A DNA stretch of 64,000 nucleotides, taken from Candidatus Amesbacteria bacterium RIFCSPLOWO2_01_FULL_48_25. GTDB taxonomy: Bacteria > Patescibacteriota > Microgenomatia > CAZETR01 > Amesbacteraceae. Where the stretch lies: contig MEXN01000005.1 in NCBI GenBank assembly GCA_001773695.1, positions 3,687 to 67,686 on the forward strand, read 5' to 3'. The notes under the pieces were generated by a model. The model had not been told where the DNA came from. It worked only from the letters and a program-made list of their open reading frames with translations, and searched no databases. The translations under genes were made by a program, and so were the position numbers. This document shows, piece after piece, positions 1 to 8,930 of the stretch. Every line of letters starts with the position of its first letter. The stretch's first letter is position 1.

Positions 1-32
1 GCGACCTGTTTGACGGTGTAGGTTTTGGGCAT
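1..32 (-). CDS. 5' end of a probable helix-turn-helix (excisionase/MerR-like) protein, truncated by the window edge
   Basis: Reverse strand reads MPKTYTVKQVA from ATG at 32, resembling the YTVxxVA start of such HTH domains. Confidence 0.45.
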   Translation of the reverse strand, partial: MPKTYTVKQV

Positions 33-41
33 CGGCAGTTT

Positions 42-88
42 TTACAAGTTTGTGAGGCTAAATTTACAAGTTCTTACAAGTGTGTAAA
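42..88. promoter_or_regulatory. TTACAAGT direct repeats (putative operator) between the HTH gene and dprA
   Basis: TTACAAGT at 42-49, 64-71 and 74-81. Confidence 0.4.
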
Positions 89-157
89 ACCAGTGTGAAG
101 CCTTTTTATATATGTGTCAATAGCCTTTTGGAGATGGCTTTGGTAAGCTGGATTAAG

Positions 158-985
158 ATGGGAATAAAAAAGGGCCTAGAGATACCTTGGTTGGAGGGGG
201 TGAAACCCCGGGTAAAAGAGGTGTTCTATTTAGGGAGTTGGCGGGAGGAAGTGTTTACCAAGTGTGTGGCAGTGGTGGGTAGCCGGCGGATGACCCAGTA
301 TGGAGAGAGGGTGGTGGAGAAACTGGTGCCGGGGTTGGTGGATCAGGGATACACAATTGTGTCGGGGTTCATGTATGGGGTGGATCAGGCGGCCCATAGG
401 ATGACTGTGGCCTGTGGAGGTAGAACTGTGGCAGTTTTGGGATGGGGAATAAGTTACCCAATGTCTAATGACGAATGTCTAATGTCTAATAAAATTGTTG
501 ATTCTGGAGGGCTGATTATCTCGGAGTGGGAGAAGCAGGAGCCGATGTTGTGGACGTTTCCTCTAAGAAACCGGATTGTGGCGGCGATGGTGTCGGACAT
601 TTATGTGGTGGAGGCGGCTTCTGTCTCCGGAGCGTTGATTACCGTGGGGTGGGGAAGAAAGTTGGGGAAAAAGATTTGGGCTGTGCCGGGACCGGTGACA
701 AGCAAAGTGTCTGAGGGAACGAACAAGTTAATAGCCGATGGGCTGGCGAAGATGTGGGTGCCAAATGAGAATAAAAGAGCGGGAGAGTTTAAGAGTATAA
801 GTGGAGGTACTAACATAGGTGATTTATATACTGTGTTGCAGAATGATGCATTGACAATTGATGAGCTGGTGAGAAAGACGAGAAAGAGTGCCCAGGAGGT
901 GGGAGCTGCGCTTACTATGATGACCTTGAGAGGAGAAGTGAGTGAGAGGGAGGGAAAGTATTATATCAATGACCAGTTGACCTAA
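158..985 (+). CDS. dprA: DNA-processing protein DprA
   Basis: VAVVGSR, IVSGFMYGVDQAAH, FPLRNRIVA, VVEA..SGALIT, AVPG motifs and C-terminal winged helix; start taken at ATG 158. Confidence 0.93.
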   Translation: MGIKKGLEIPWLEGVKPRVKEVFYLGSWREEVFTKCVAVVGSRRMTQYGERVVEKLVPGLVDQGYTIVSGFMYGVDQAAHRMTVACGGRTVAVLGWGISYPMSNDECLMSNKIVDSGGLIISEWEKQEPMLWTFPLRNRIVAAMVSDIYVVEAASVSGALITVGWGRKLGKKIWAVPGPVTSKVSEGTNKLIADGLAKMWVPNENKRAGEFKSISGGTNIGDLYTVLQNDALTIDELVRKTRKSAQEVGAALTMMTLRGEVSEREGKYYINDQLT

Positions 986-1013
986 TTGATCTAATTGACA
1001 TACTATAATAGTA

Positions 1014-1394
1014 GTGGGATCGAAAACAAGAGTTTTGATTGTTGACGATGATGGGGATTTTTGTGATTTTTACAAGCGGATATTGGAAGAAGAGGGGTAT
1101 GAGGTAGAAGTGGCCGGGGATGGACATGAGGGATTGGCGAAAGCACTGGCCGGGGGGTACAGGCTGATTTTACTGGATATCAGGATGCCGGGAATGGATG
1201 GAATGGAAGTGTTGAAGCAACTGCATGAGGGTGTGCCGAAAAGGGAAAATGGGAAGGTTGTGATGATGACGAGCTATGCTGATTCGGATATGTCTACGGG
1301 GGCGCGGATGATGGGGGCAGCAGGATATGTGATGAAGGTGAGCGGAGCCGACCCCGGTCAGTTTGTGAAGATGGTTAAGGGTTATTTGGAATGA
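1014..1394 (+). CDS. Single-domain response regulator (receiver)
   Basis: VLIVDDD, LLDIRMPGMDG, MMTS, GYVMK. Confidence 0.92.
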   Translation: MGSKTRVLIVDDDGDFCDFYKRILEEEGYEVEVAGDGHEGLAKALAGGYRLILLDIRMPGMDGMEVLKQLHEGVPKRENGKVVMMTSYADSDMSTGARMMGAAGYVMKVSGADPGQFVKMVKGYLE

Positions 1395-1415
1395 GACCGT
1401 GTAATATGTGAGTTA

Positions 1416-1514
1416 ATGCTGGTGAAGGTGGGGAGTGTAGCTAATGTGGGATTGCAAAGCTTTGGGGTGGATGTGGAGGTGTCGGAAGGTGTCGAGAGGG
1501 GGGATATTATGTGA
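1416..1514 (+). pseudogene. Duplicated 5' fragment of comM
   Basis: MLVKVGSVANVGLQSFGVDVEV matches the ComM N-terminus (21 of 22 residues); 1443-1481 is identical to 2550-2588. Confidence 0.88.
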
Positions 1515-1550
1515 ACGACCAATGGCCAGCATTGGTAGGATTAATGGAAA

Positions 1551-1838
1551 CTATTCTTCAGGCAGGTCTACAGATATTACTTTGAAGAGTTCCCCAGTGG
1601 TTCGTATGGGACATTTGTCGCAGACTCGATATAATGGGGTTCCCGGGCACTTGAACAGGATTTTTGCTTCCGGTGAGGTGGGCCAGCCGACGGCTACATT
1701 ACTGATAGGTTTTTTAGACCTAAGGTCGGGACAAAGTTTGGGGGCAAGGGTTGAGAGGATCCACAGCCTTGCCAGTTCGAGAAGCGGTTTGAACCCAGCG
1801 GGGTCGAGTAAAACATACTCCTTTTCTTGCAGTGACAT
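1551..1838 (-). CDS. Small Cys-containing hypothetical protein
   Basis: ORF from ATG 1838 (MSLQEKEY..) with CxxC; TTGACA/TAAAAT upstream. Confidence 0.55.
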   Translation of the reverse strand: MSLQEKEYVLLDPAGFKPLLELARLWILSTLAPKLCPDLRSKKPISNVAVGWPTSPEAKILFKCPGTPLYRVCDKCPIRTTGELFKVISVDLPEE

Positions 1839-1857
1839 ACTATAAGGTATTTTACGG

Positions 1858-1877
1858 GTTGTTGTTGTTGTTGTTGT
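1858..1877. repeat. (GTT)6 microsatellite in a divergent promoter
   Basis: gttgttgttgttgttgttgt. Confidence 0.85.
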
Positions 1878-1898
1878 CAAGGTTTACAATAGTCGGGT

Positions 1899-2180
1899 AT
1901 GGGGACGGATCAGATTATCAGTGCGATTAAGCCGGTGCTTTTGAAGCACGGGGTGATGAAGGCGGAGCTGTTTGGATCGGCGGCTCGGGGTGAGATGGGT
2001 CCAGGCAGTGATGTTGATGTGCTGGTCGAGTTGCCCAAAAAAACTGGTCTTTTGGATTTAATAAGATTACGTAGAGATTTGAAGACCCGGCTGGAGAGGA
2101 ATGTGGATGTGGTTACGTATCGGGCCTTGAATTCGCGGCTGATTCCTTATGTGATGGCTGACACAATGAGAGTAATATGA
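1899..2180 (+). CDS. Minimal nucleotidyltransferase (MntA-type antitoxin)
   Basis: LFGSAARGE..SDVDVLVE motif, 93 aa. Confidence 0.9.
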   Translation: MGTDQIISAIKPVLLKHGVMKAELFGSAARGEMGPGSDVDVLVELPKKTGLLDLIRLRRDLKTRLERNVDVVTYRALNSRLIPYVMADTMRVI

Positions 2181-2533
2181 AGAGGAGAGATCCCGATGTC
2201 TATTTGGGGCATATTGAAGATGCTATTCGAGATGTGAACCAGTATTTAGGTGACTATACTTGGGAGGAGTTTTTGGATGACGGCAAGACTCAAGATGCTG
2301 TCATGAGGAAGTTGGAGGTAATAGGAGAGGCGGTGAAAAATTTTCCCGAGGAGTTTCTTGAAAAATGGCCTGATGTTCCCTGGAGAGACATTGCGGACTT
2401 CCGCAATGTCTTGATTCACGAGTATTTCGATGTGGATTTGGAAGAGGTGTGGAACACGGTGAAAAACGACTTACCGGTTTTGGGGGAGAGGATTAGGGGA
2501 GTTCGGGAGAAGATTAAAAAAGATGCTGGTTAA
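2177..2533 (+). CDS. HEPN/DUF86 ribonuclease toxin (HepT-type)
   Basis: LEVIGEA, VPWRDI, RNVLIHEY (Rx4HxY); overlaps the MNT stop. Confidence 0.9.
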   Translation: MKRRDPDVYLGHIEDAIRDVNQYLGDYTWEEFLDDGKTQDAVMRKLEVIGEAVKNFPEEFLEKWPDVPWRDIADFRNVLIHEYFDVDLEEVWNTVKNDLPVLGERIRGVREKIKKDAG

Positions 2534-4067
2534 AGTTAGGTCGGTGGCGAATGTGGGATTGCAAAGCTTTGGGGTGGATGTGGAGGTGGATGTGGCGGAA
2601 GCCGGATTTCCTGGATTTAATATAGTAGGCTTGGCTGGTAAGGCAGTGGAGGAAGCGCGAGAGCGGGTAAAGACAGCGATTGTCAATTCCGGCCTGGATT
2701 TTCCGCCAAAAAAAATTACAGTGAATTTGGCCCCGGCTGATTTGCCTAAGGACGGGGGAGCTTATGACTTGCCGATGGCAGTAGGAATACTCGCGGCCAG
2801 CGAGCAAGTCCCAAAACTCAAACCCCAAGACTCAATATTTTATGGTGAATTGTCGTTAGATGGATCATTGCGGGGAACGAAAGGAGTATTGCTCGTTGGA
2901 TTGTTCGCGAAAAAAGGTGATGGTGTTTTTGTTCCCATCGAGTCCGCCAACGAGGCGGCAGTAGTGGAGAATATAAATGTATACCCGGTGAGAAACCTCA
3001 GGGAATTGGTGGACCATTTGAATAACATAAAAGAGATTAAGAGATTGAGTAATTTGGAGATTGGGGAGCTAGTAGACGATGTGTCGGTGGAGTTTGATTT
3101 GGCGGAAGTGGCGGGGCAGGAACAGGCCAAGCGGGCGCTGACGATAGCGGCCGCCGGAGGACACAACTTGTTAATGTGGGGACCTCCGGGGACAGGAAAG
3201 ACGATGTTGGCCCGGGCGATGCCGGGAATACTCCCTCCATTAAATGTGCCGGAGGCGTTGGAGGTGACGAGAATTTATTCGGTCTCCGGCTTGTTGATTG
3301 CCGGAGAATCATTGCTCCGGCGAAGGCCGTTTAGGAGTCCGCATCATGGAATATCTCCGGCGGGAATGGTGGGGGGCGGGAGCAACCCAATGCCAGGAGA
3401 AGTATCACTGGCCCACTTGGGGGTTTTGTTTTTGGATGAGATGGCGGAATTTCCACGGTCGGTGTTGGAGTCTATGCGCCAACCAATGGAAGACGGGGTA
3501 GTGGGGATTGTGCGGGCGACGGCGCATGTTTCTTACCCTGCTAGTTTTACCCTCTTGGCTGCGGTTAACCCTTGCCCGTGCGGATATTTGGGGCATCCCC
3601 GGCGGGAATGTAAATGCACGGATAAAATGATTCGGAAGTATAGGGCAAAGATCTCTGGCCCAATTCTGGACAGAATAGATTTGCATGTGCAGGTGCCGAC
3701 GGTGGAAACAAATAAGTTGACAAGTGATCAGTTATCAGCCCGCCTGCCGGACGGGCAGGTTAATCAGTTAAGTTCAAAAGTTATTAGAGATAAAGTTATT
3801 TTGGCAAGAAAAATACAGGTGGAGAGATTTGGGGATGATGGATTGTATACTAACTCTCAAATGCGCAATAAGCAGGTGAAGAAATATTGTAAGTTGGATG
3901 GGGAGACGCTGAGGATATTGAAGCTGGCGGTGGAGAAATGGGATTTATCGGCGAGGGCGTATTTCCGTTTAATAAAAGTGGCGCGGACAATTGCCGATCT
4001 GGACGAGTCGGAGAATATCGCGGTTAGATATATGGCAGAAGCGCTACAATATAGGCAACTGGTATGA
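2523..4067 (+). CDS. comM: ComM/YifB Mg-chelatase-like AAA+ ATPase
   Basis: ITVNLAPADLPK, GPPGTGKT, PFRSPHH, GEVSLAHLGVLFLDE, NPCPCG, SGPILDRID. Confidence 0.95.
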   Translation: MLVKVRSVANVGLQSFGVDVEVDVAEAGFPGFNIVGLAGKAVEEARERVKTAIVNSGLDFPPKKITVNLAPADLPKDGGAYDLPMAVGILAASEQVPKLKPQDSIFYGELSLDGSLRGTKGVLLVGLFAKKGDGVFVPIESANEAAVVENINVYPVRNLRELVDHLNNIKEIKRLSNLEIGELVDDVSVEFDLAEVAGQEQAKRALTIAAAGGHNLLMWGPPGTGKTMLARAMPGILPPLNVPEALEVTRIYSVSGLLIAGESLLRRRPFRSPHHGISPAGMVGGGSNPMPGEVSLAHLGVLFLDEMAEFPRSVLESMRQPMEDGVVGIVRATAHVSYPASFTLLAAVNPCPCGYLGHPRRECKCTDKMIRKYRAKISGPILDRIDLHVQVPTVETNKLTSDQLSARLPDGQVNQLSSKVIRDKVILARKIQVERFGDDGLYTNSQMRNKQVKKYCKLDGETLRILKLAVEKWDLSARAYFRLIKVARTIADLDESENIAVRYMAEALQYRQLV

Positions 4068-5752
4068 AGAAATTGGCTCTAGTGATCTGGTTGGCGCTGG
4101 TCTTGCCGACTAAGGTGGGGGCACAAGAATATGAGGTAACCAGTTTTTCTAGCAGGATTGAAATATTGAGGAACACGGATTTGCGTATTACGGAGACGAT
4201 AGAGGCTAATTTTAATATTCCCAAGCACGGAATTTTTAGATACATTCCAAGTAAATATAAAGTGGAGGGCAAGACTTGGGATACGCACTTGCGAGTAGAG
4301 CGGGTAAACGAGAGATACACTTTGACTCATGAGGGAAATAACGTAGTTATAAAAATTGGGGATCCCAATGTGACTTCGACAGGGCCAAAAACGTACGAGA
4401 TTACTTATGTAGTTGAGAATATGGTGCTGGATTTTTCTAACCATGATGAAGTGTATTGGAACGTAACCGGAGCCGATTGGGATACAACAATTGACAAGGC
4501 GAGTGTTCAGGTGGTTACCCCGTGGGCTAAGATAATTAAATCTGACTGTTTTGCCGGAGTAAGCGGGACGAGCGATAGAAGTTGTCGAACGGTTGGGGAC
4601 AGCTGGACGGCCGGGGGATTGGGGGAGGGAAAGGAGATGACGATTGTGGTGGGACTAGACAAGGAAAATCTACTGGAATGGCCTGGGTGGTGGGACAGAA
4701 ACTGGCGGGAAATAGGGAAATATTTGCTGAGTTTAGCTCCGGCTTTAATTATGGGAAGTATTTGGTATGTCCGAGGGAGAGATTTAAAGTATATAGGAAG
4801 TAACGTTTATGTTAAACAGGAGGCGGCAATAGTTCGGAAGACTGGTGTGGGGGAGAGGGAACATTTGCCATTGGTGTATTCACCGATTGCCGGTTTAACT
4901 CCGGCGGAAGTGGGGACGATTATCGACCAGCGGGTAGATCTGGCTGATGTGACGGCGGAAATTTTGGAATTGGCCAGGTTGGGCTATGTCAAAATTAAAA
5001 AAGTCGATAAAGATTATTTGTTTGAGCGGACGGATAAAAATGATGAAGCTTTGAAAGACTTTCAGAAGTCACTGTTAACAAATATTACTGATTCTGTCCG
5101 GTTTGCTCCGGATGTGGGGAGTACTAGCAGACAAACTTCGCTTGCCAAGATGAAGCAGAAATTTAGCAAGTCCCTAGACGAGTTTAAAGATAAATTGTAT
5201 GAGCATTTGGCAAGTGCGCGGATATTTGACGGGAGGCCGGATAATATCCGAAGGATTGTGGTGGGAATAGGAGCGTTTGCGGGTTGGATGACAATTGGGA
5301 TATTTGGCGCGGTAGTTTTGGCGCAAGGGCCGTGGGGAGTGGTTCTTTTGGTCTCATCGGCAATTGCCGGAGTATTTGCTTATCAGCTGCCAAGACGGAC
5401 GGCGTGGGGACATTCGTTGTATAGGCAAACGGTGGGACTCAAGTACTTTTTGGGTAAGGGGAAATGGCGGTATGAAGTTGCGGAGAAATATTTGTTTTTG
5501 GAGGAAGTATTTCCGCTGGCGGTATCTTTGGGGGTAGTGTCTAAACTGGTTTCTGATATGAAGGGACTGGGCCTGGCGGCTCCGGAGTATGTGGGTGGCT
5601 TTGGTGGAAACATTGGGAGTTTCCATAGCCAGATAAGCTCGACTCTGCCGTCTGTGAAATCGGGCGGAAGTGGCGGGTGGAGCGGGGGGTCGGGATTTTC
5701 CGGCGGGTCTTCCGGCGGCGGGGGAGGCGGTGGAGGGGGAGGGAGCTGGTGA
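4064..5752 (+). CDS. DUF2207-family membrane protein
   Basis: Signal peptide, HGIFRYIP, YWNVTG, TM helices, Gly/Ser-rich tail ending GGGGSW. Confidence 0.88.
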   Translation: MKKLALVIWLALVLPTKVGAQEYEVTSFSSRIEILRNTDLRITETIEANFNIPKHGIFRYIPSKYKVEGKTWDTHLRVERVNERYTLTHEGNNVVIKIGDPNVTSTGPKTYEITYVVENMVLDFSNHDEVYWNVTGADWDTTIDKASVQVVTPWAKIIKSDCFAGVSGTSDRSCRTVGDSWTAGGLGEGKEMTIVVGLDKENLLEWPGWWDRNWREIGKYLLSLAPALIMGSIWYVRGRDLKYIGSNVYVKQEAAIVRKTGVGEREHLPLVYSPIAGLTPAEVGTIIDQRVDLADVTAEILELARLGYVKIKKVDKDYLFERTDKNDEALKDFQKSLLTNITDSVRFAPDVGSTSRQTSLAKMKQKFSKSLDEFKDKLYEHLASARIFDGRPDNIRRIVVGIGAFAGWMTIGIFGAVVLAQGPWGVVLLVSSAIAGVFAYQLPRRTAWGHSLYRQTVGLKYFLGKGKWRYEVAEKYLFLEEVFPLAVSLGVVSKLVSDMKGLGLAAPEYVGGFGGNIGSFHSQISSTLPSVKSGGSGGWSGGSGFSGGSSGGGGGGGGGGSW

Positions 5753-5753
5753 T

Positions 5754-5972
5754 ATGTCTGAAAAAGCAACACTCGATATAATTTGTTGCAGTGAAAGAGA
5801 GGCTTTGCCGTTGGATGGGGAAGCTTTGAAAAAGGATTATTGCGAGTATGAAGATATTTGTCCGCTGGGAGAACTGAGAATGCAGCTGAGGGTGGCCAAA
5901 GGGGTGCTGGCTCGGGCGATATGCGTGTGCGGAACCGATGAAGTGGGACTAGTGAGATATGAAAAAACTTAA
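5754..5972 (+). CDS. Small Cys-rich hypothetical protein
   Basis: ATG directly after the DUF2207 stop; overlaps the yraN start. Confidence 0.55.
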   Translation: MSEKATLDIICCSEREALPLDGEALKKDYCEYEDICPLGELRMQLRVAKGVLARAICVCGTDEVGLVRYEKT

Positions 5973-6315
5973 CCGGGAGATTGGTAGGATCGGTGAACTA
6001 GCAGCTGAGGAATTTTTGGTAAAAAAGGGATTAGAAGTGGTTTTGAGAAATTTTAGTACTCGATTCGGGGAAATAGATTTGATAATGAATGATAAGAGCG
6101 TATTGGTGTTTGTGGAGGTAAAAGCTAAAAAGGGACTGGTTTTTGGGTCACCGGAGGAAATGTTTACTCGGGGGAAGTACAACAAGGTAAAACGAATGGC
6201 GACGGTGTATTTAAAGGGCCGGGACGTGCTCTGTAGAATTGATATGGTGGCGGTGGTTTTGAACGAATCAAACCAACCAGTTTCTGTAAAGCACTATGAG
6301 AATGTGGTGATGTAA
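5959..6315 (+). CDS. yraN: YraN family (UPF0102) nuclease
   Basis: GELAAEEFL, RNF..GEIDLI, LVFVEVK, RIDMVAV. Confidence 0.92.
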   Translation: MKKLNREIGRIGELAAEEFLVKKGLEVVLRNFSTRFGEIDLIMNDKSVLVFVEVKAKKGLVFGSPEEMFTRGKYNKVKRMATVYLKGRDVLCRIDMVAVVLNESNQPVSVKHYENVVM

Positions 6316-6317
6316 CT

Positions 6318-6596
6318 TTAGGTTTTGGGTCTTTTTGAGTATTCGGCGGCGAATTCGTCGAGCTTAGTTCCGTAGGGATTCTTTTTCTCTTTGGCGTGAA
6401 ATTCGCCAAGTATTCCAGCCACCAGAGTGTCGAGTATTTTAAGTCCGATTGACCTGTCTCTACTAGGGCTGAATAAATCTGGTTCCAGTTCGGTTGCGGC
6501 TAATTCGGCTGCTCTCGTTTCTAGATTACCTAATCCTCTGGCATCGGAAAGATGAAGGACGCGGCCCCAAGCTTGGAGAAACTCGGCGAGTGACAT
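6318..6596 (-). CDS. Hypothetical protein downstream of rplK
   Basis: ATG overlaps the rplK stop. Confidence 0.55.
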   Translation of the reverse strand: MSLAEFLQAWGRVLHLSDARGLGNLETRAAELAATELEPDLFSPSRDRSIGLKILDTLVAGILGEFHAKEKKNPYGTKLDEFAAEYSKRPKT

Positions 6597-7021
6597 TAAA
6601 TTACTTTTATCCCCATGGAGCGGGCAGTACCCATGACCGTTTTGAGGGCACTATCTAACGAGTCGGTGTTTAGATCGGCCAGTTTTTGGGCGGCGATGTC
6701 GCGGGCTTGGTCCATCGTAAGGGAGCCTGCGGTTTCGCGGCCGGGTTTTTGGGAAGCGATTTTGAGGCCAAGGGTTTTTTTGATTATGGCGGAGACGGGG
6801 GGGAGCTTGGTGATGAAAGTGAATGACCGGTCCTCATAGACGGTGATGACTGCCGGGATGATGTTGCCTTTTTGGTCACGGGTTTTGTCGTTGTAGGCTT
6901 TGACGAAGTCCATGATGGGTAACCCGTGCTGGCCCAAAGCTGGGCCGACGGGAGGGGCGGGGGTAGCCTCGCCTGCCGGGAGATTTAGTTTGACGACGAC
7001 CTTGATCTTTTTCGGGGCCAT
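6596..7021 (-). CDS. rplK: 50S ribosomal protein L11
   Basis: AGEATPAPPVGPALGQHG, GTARSMGI. Confidence 0.98.
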   Translation of the reverse strand: MAPKKIKVVVKLNLPAGEATPAPPVGPALGQHGLPIMDFVKAYNDKTRDQKGNIIPAVITVYEDRSFTFITKLPPVSAIIKKTLGLKIASQKPGRETAGSLTMDQARDIAAQKLADLNTDSLDSALKTVMGTARSMGIKVI

Positions 7022-7665
7022 TATATTTTCTTAACTTGTAAAAAGTCGAGTTCTACTGGGGTTTCGCGGCCGAAAATGGAGACTAAAACCCGGAGTTTTC
7101 CGTGTTCTTCGTCCAGAGATTCGATTGAACCCAAAAAGTCGGTGAACGGGCCATCGGTGATTTTGACGGCCTCGCCGACGGTGAAATTGGTTTTGAATTT
7201 GGCCGCTCCCATTTGGGCAAATTGCATAATGGCGTCGACCTCGGCTTGGGAGAGGGGGGTAGGCTTGTTGCCCATACCGACGAACCCGGTAATGCCTTGG
7301 GTGGTTCTAACGACTAGCCAGGAATCGTCGTCGGCGATCATTTTGACCAAGAGATAGCCGGGGAAAATTTTCTCGCGGACTTGAAACTTTTTGCCGTGTT
7401 TGATGTGAATTTTGTTTTGAGTGGGGATCAAAAGCTCGAAAACCTTATCGGTTTGGCCGAGGGTGGCGACACGTTGGCGGAGGGCGTCGGCGACCCGGGC
7501 CTCGTGACCGGAGTAGGTGTGAACGACGTACCAGTGGACGGAATTGGAATCTGGGACGTTGGAGTTGATGATCATGTGGCCGGGGATGTTTTTGCCCCCT
7601 AGTCCACGCTCGGAGATAGCGGTAGGACTGTCGGTAGTAGTTATTTGATCGTCATGGGGAGTCAT
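7021..7665 (-). CDS. nusG: Transcription factor NusG
   Basis: WYVVHTYSG, FPGYLLV, KOW DGPF, SIFGRETPVEL; N-terminal extension. Confidence 0.97.
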   Translation of the reverse strand: MTPHDDQITTTDSPTAISERGLGGKNIPGHMIINSNVPDSNSVHWYVVHTYSGHEARVADALRQRVATLGQTDKVFELLIPTQNKIHIKHGKKFQVREKIFPGYLLVKMIADDDSWLVVRTTQGITGFVGMGNKPTPLSQAEVDAIMQFAQMGAAKFKTNFTVGEAVKITDGPFTDFLGSIESLDEEHGKLRVLVSIFGRETPVELDFLQVKKI

Positions 7666-7670
7666 AGGGG

Positions 7671-7850
7671 TTATTTGAAGATTAGAGATAAGGATTTGGT
7701 GAAAGTTAGATCCAGGGCGCCGATGTAGGCGCCGACGAGCAGGGAAATAGCTATGACGATAACTGTGAGTTTGGCGGTTTCGTCGCGGCTTGGCCAGCGG
7801 ACTTGTTTGAGCTCGGACAGCGTGTCACGCAGATATGCGATAGGGTTCAT
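7671..7850 (-). CDS. secE: Preprotein translocase SecE (59 aa; not in the ORF track)
   Basis: Manual translation MNPIAYLRDTLSELKQVRWPSRDETAKLTVIVIAISLLVGAYIGALD..; upstream of nusG. Confidence 0.95.
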   Translation of the reverse strand: MNPIAYLRDTLSELKQVRWPSRDETAKLTVIVIAISLLVGAYIGALDLTFTKSLSLIFK

Positions 7851-7884
7851 ACAAAAAAAGAGTCTTCTCGACTCGTGTCAAGTA

Positions 7885-8907
7885 TTATATATGATTTATG
7901 AGTTTTTTCAAGATGGGGGCGAGGAGATGGGGGTCGTGGCGGATGCGATTGAGATGGCTGGTGACTGAAAAGATTGGGGCAGAGATGACTAAAACATCAG
8001 ATTTTTTTAGTGGTGTGAGCAGTCCTGGGTTCCAGCCTAGGAAGTGAGAGTGCTCATGAGAGTAATTTTGGGCTACTTTGGGATATTTAGCTTCGAACTG
8101 AGACTCGCTGAGATGAGGAACTATTATGGTATCAAAAGGGCTAGGTGTCCTGGAGTAAGTTTGAAAAACTTTTTGAAAGTCGATTGGAGAGAATTTGTGG
8201 GTTTGGTTGCGGGTTGAGACCAAGTTGGTGATGAGGATTTTATGGGCCCGGGATTTTTTTAGGGCAAGAGATATTCCTTTTGGGAGAAGGTTGGCTATGA
8301 CCGAGCCGTAGATACTGCCTGGGCAGAAAATGATGTGGGTGGCGTCAGTGAGCGCCGTGAGAGCTTGTGGAGTAGCGGGTACTTGGGGATTGAGCCAGAT
8401 AGAAAAAATGGAGTCGGTGGACATGGAGTGACGATCAAGCTCGTGTTCACCACGGAACTCGGAACCGGATATAGTAGAGAAGCAAATGGTGGTTGGGGAG
8501 AGAGTGATGGGGATGGCGGCTCCGGAAAATTTTAAGGAAAGTAGGTTTTCTAGATGCTTTTGGACTTGGAGAAAATCGCCGGAGTATTTTTCCAAAAGAG
8601 CATAATAAAGGGTGTAGCCAAGGTTTCTATTGCGGCCATCGGTGTAAGTGACCAGATCGGTGAAGGCTTGGATCTGGGGGAGGTTTTGATAGCTTGGGGA
8701 AATAAGGGCTAAAAGATTGCGCATCAGATCGCTGACGGCAATCACCTGGTCTCTCTCGTCTGATCTGATAGTGCCCGTTTTGCCGCCGGAGTCCATAGAG
8801 GCGGAAATGGCATTAATGTTATTAAAGCCGGCCAGGGTCAGGGCTCTGACTACTGTCGGAGCTCCGGTTCCGCCACCAATGGTAACAATGCGGGGTTGAG
8901 ATTTCAT
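7885..8907 (-). CDS. YvcK/CofD-like (UPF0052) protein
   Basis: IGGGTG, DSGGKTG, GEHELD, PGSIYGSV, RHDP. Confidence 0.88.
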   Translation of the reverse strand: MKSQPRIVTIGGGTGAPTVVRALTLAGFNNINAISASMDSGGKTGTIRSDERDQVIAVSDLMRNLLALISPSYQNLPQIQAFTDLVTYTDGRNRNLGYTLYYALLEKYSGDFLQVQKHLENLLSLKFSGAAIPITLSPTTICFSTISGSEFRGEHELDRHSMSTDSIFSIWLNPQVPATPQALTALTDATHIIFCPGSIYGSVIANLLPKGISLALKKSRAHKILITNLVSTRNQTHKFSPIDFQKVFQTYSRTPSPFDTIIVPHLSESQFEAKYPKVAQNYSHEHSHFLGWNPGLLTPLKKSDVLVISAPIFSVTSHLNRIRHDPHLLAPILKKLINHI

Positions 8908-8930
8908 TCTTGGCGACTTAGTATACCAGT

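Noticed and set aside
6318-6596. Loss of ribosomal protein L1
   Set aside because: rplA is absent after rplK here but may lie outside the window
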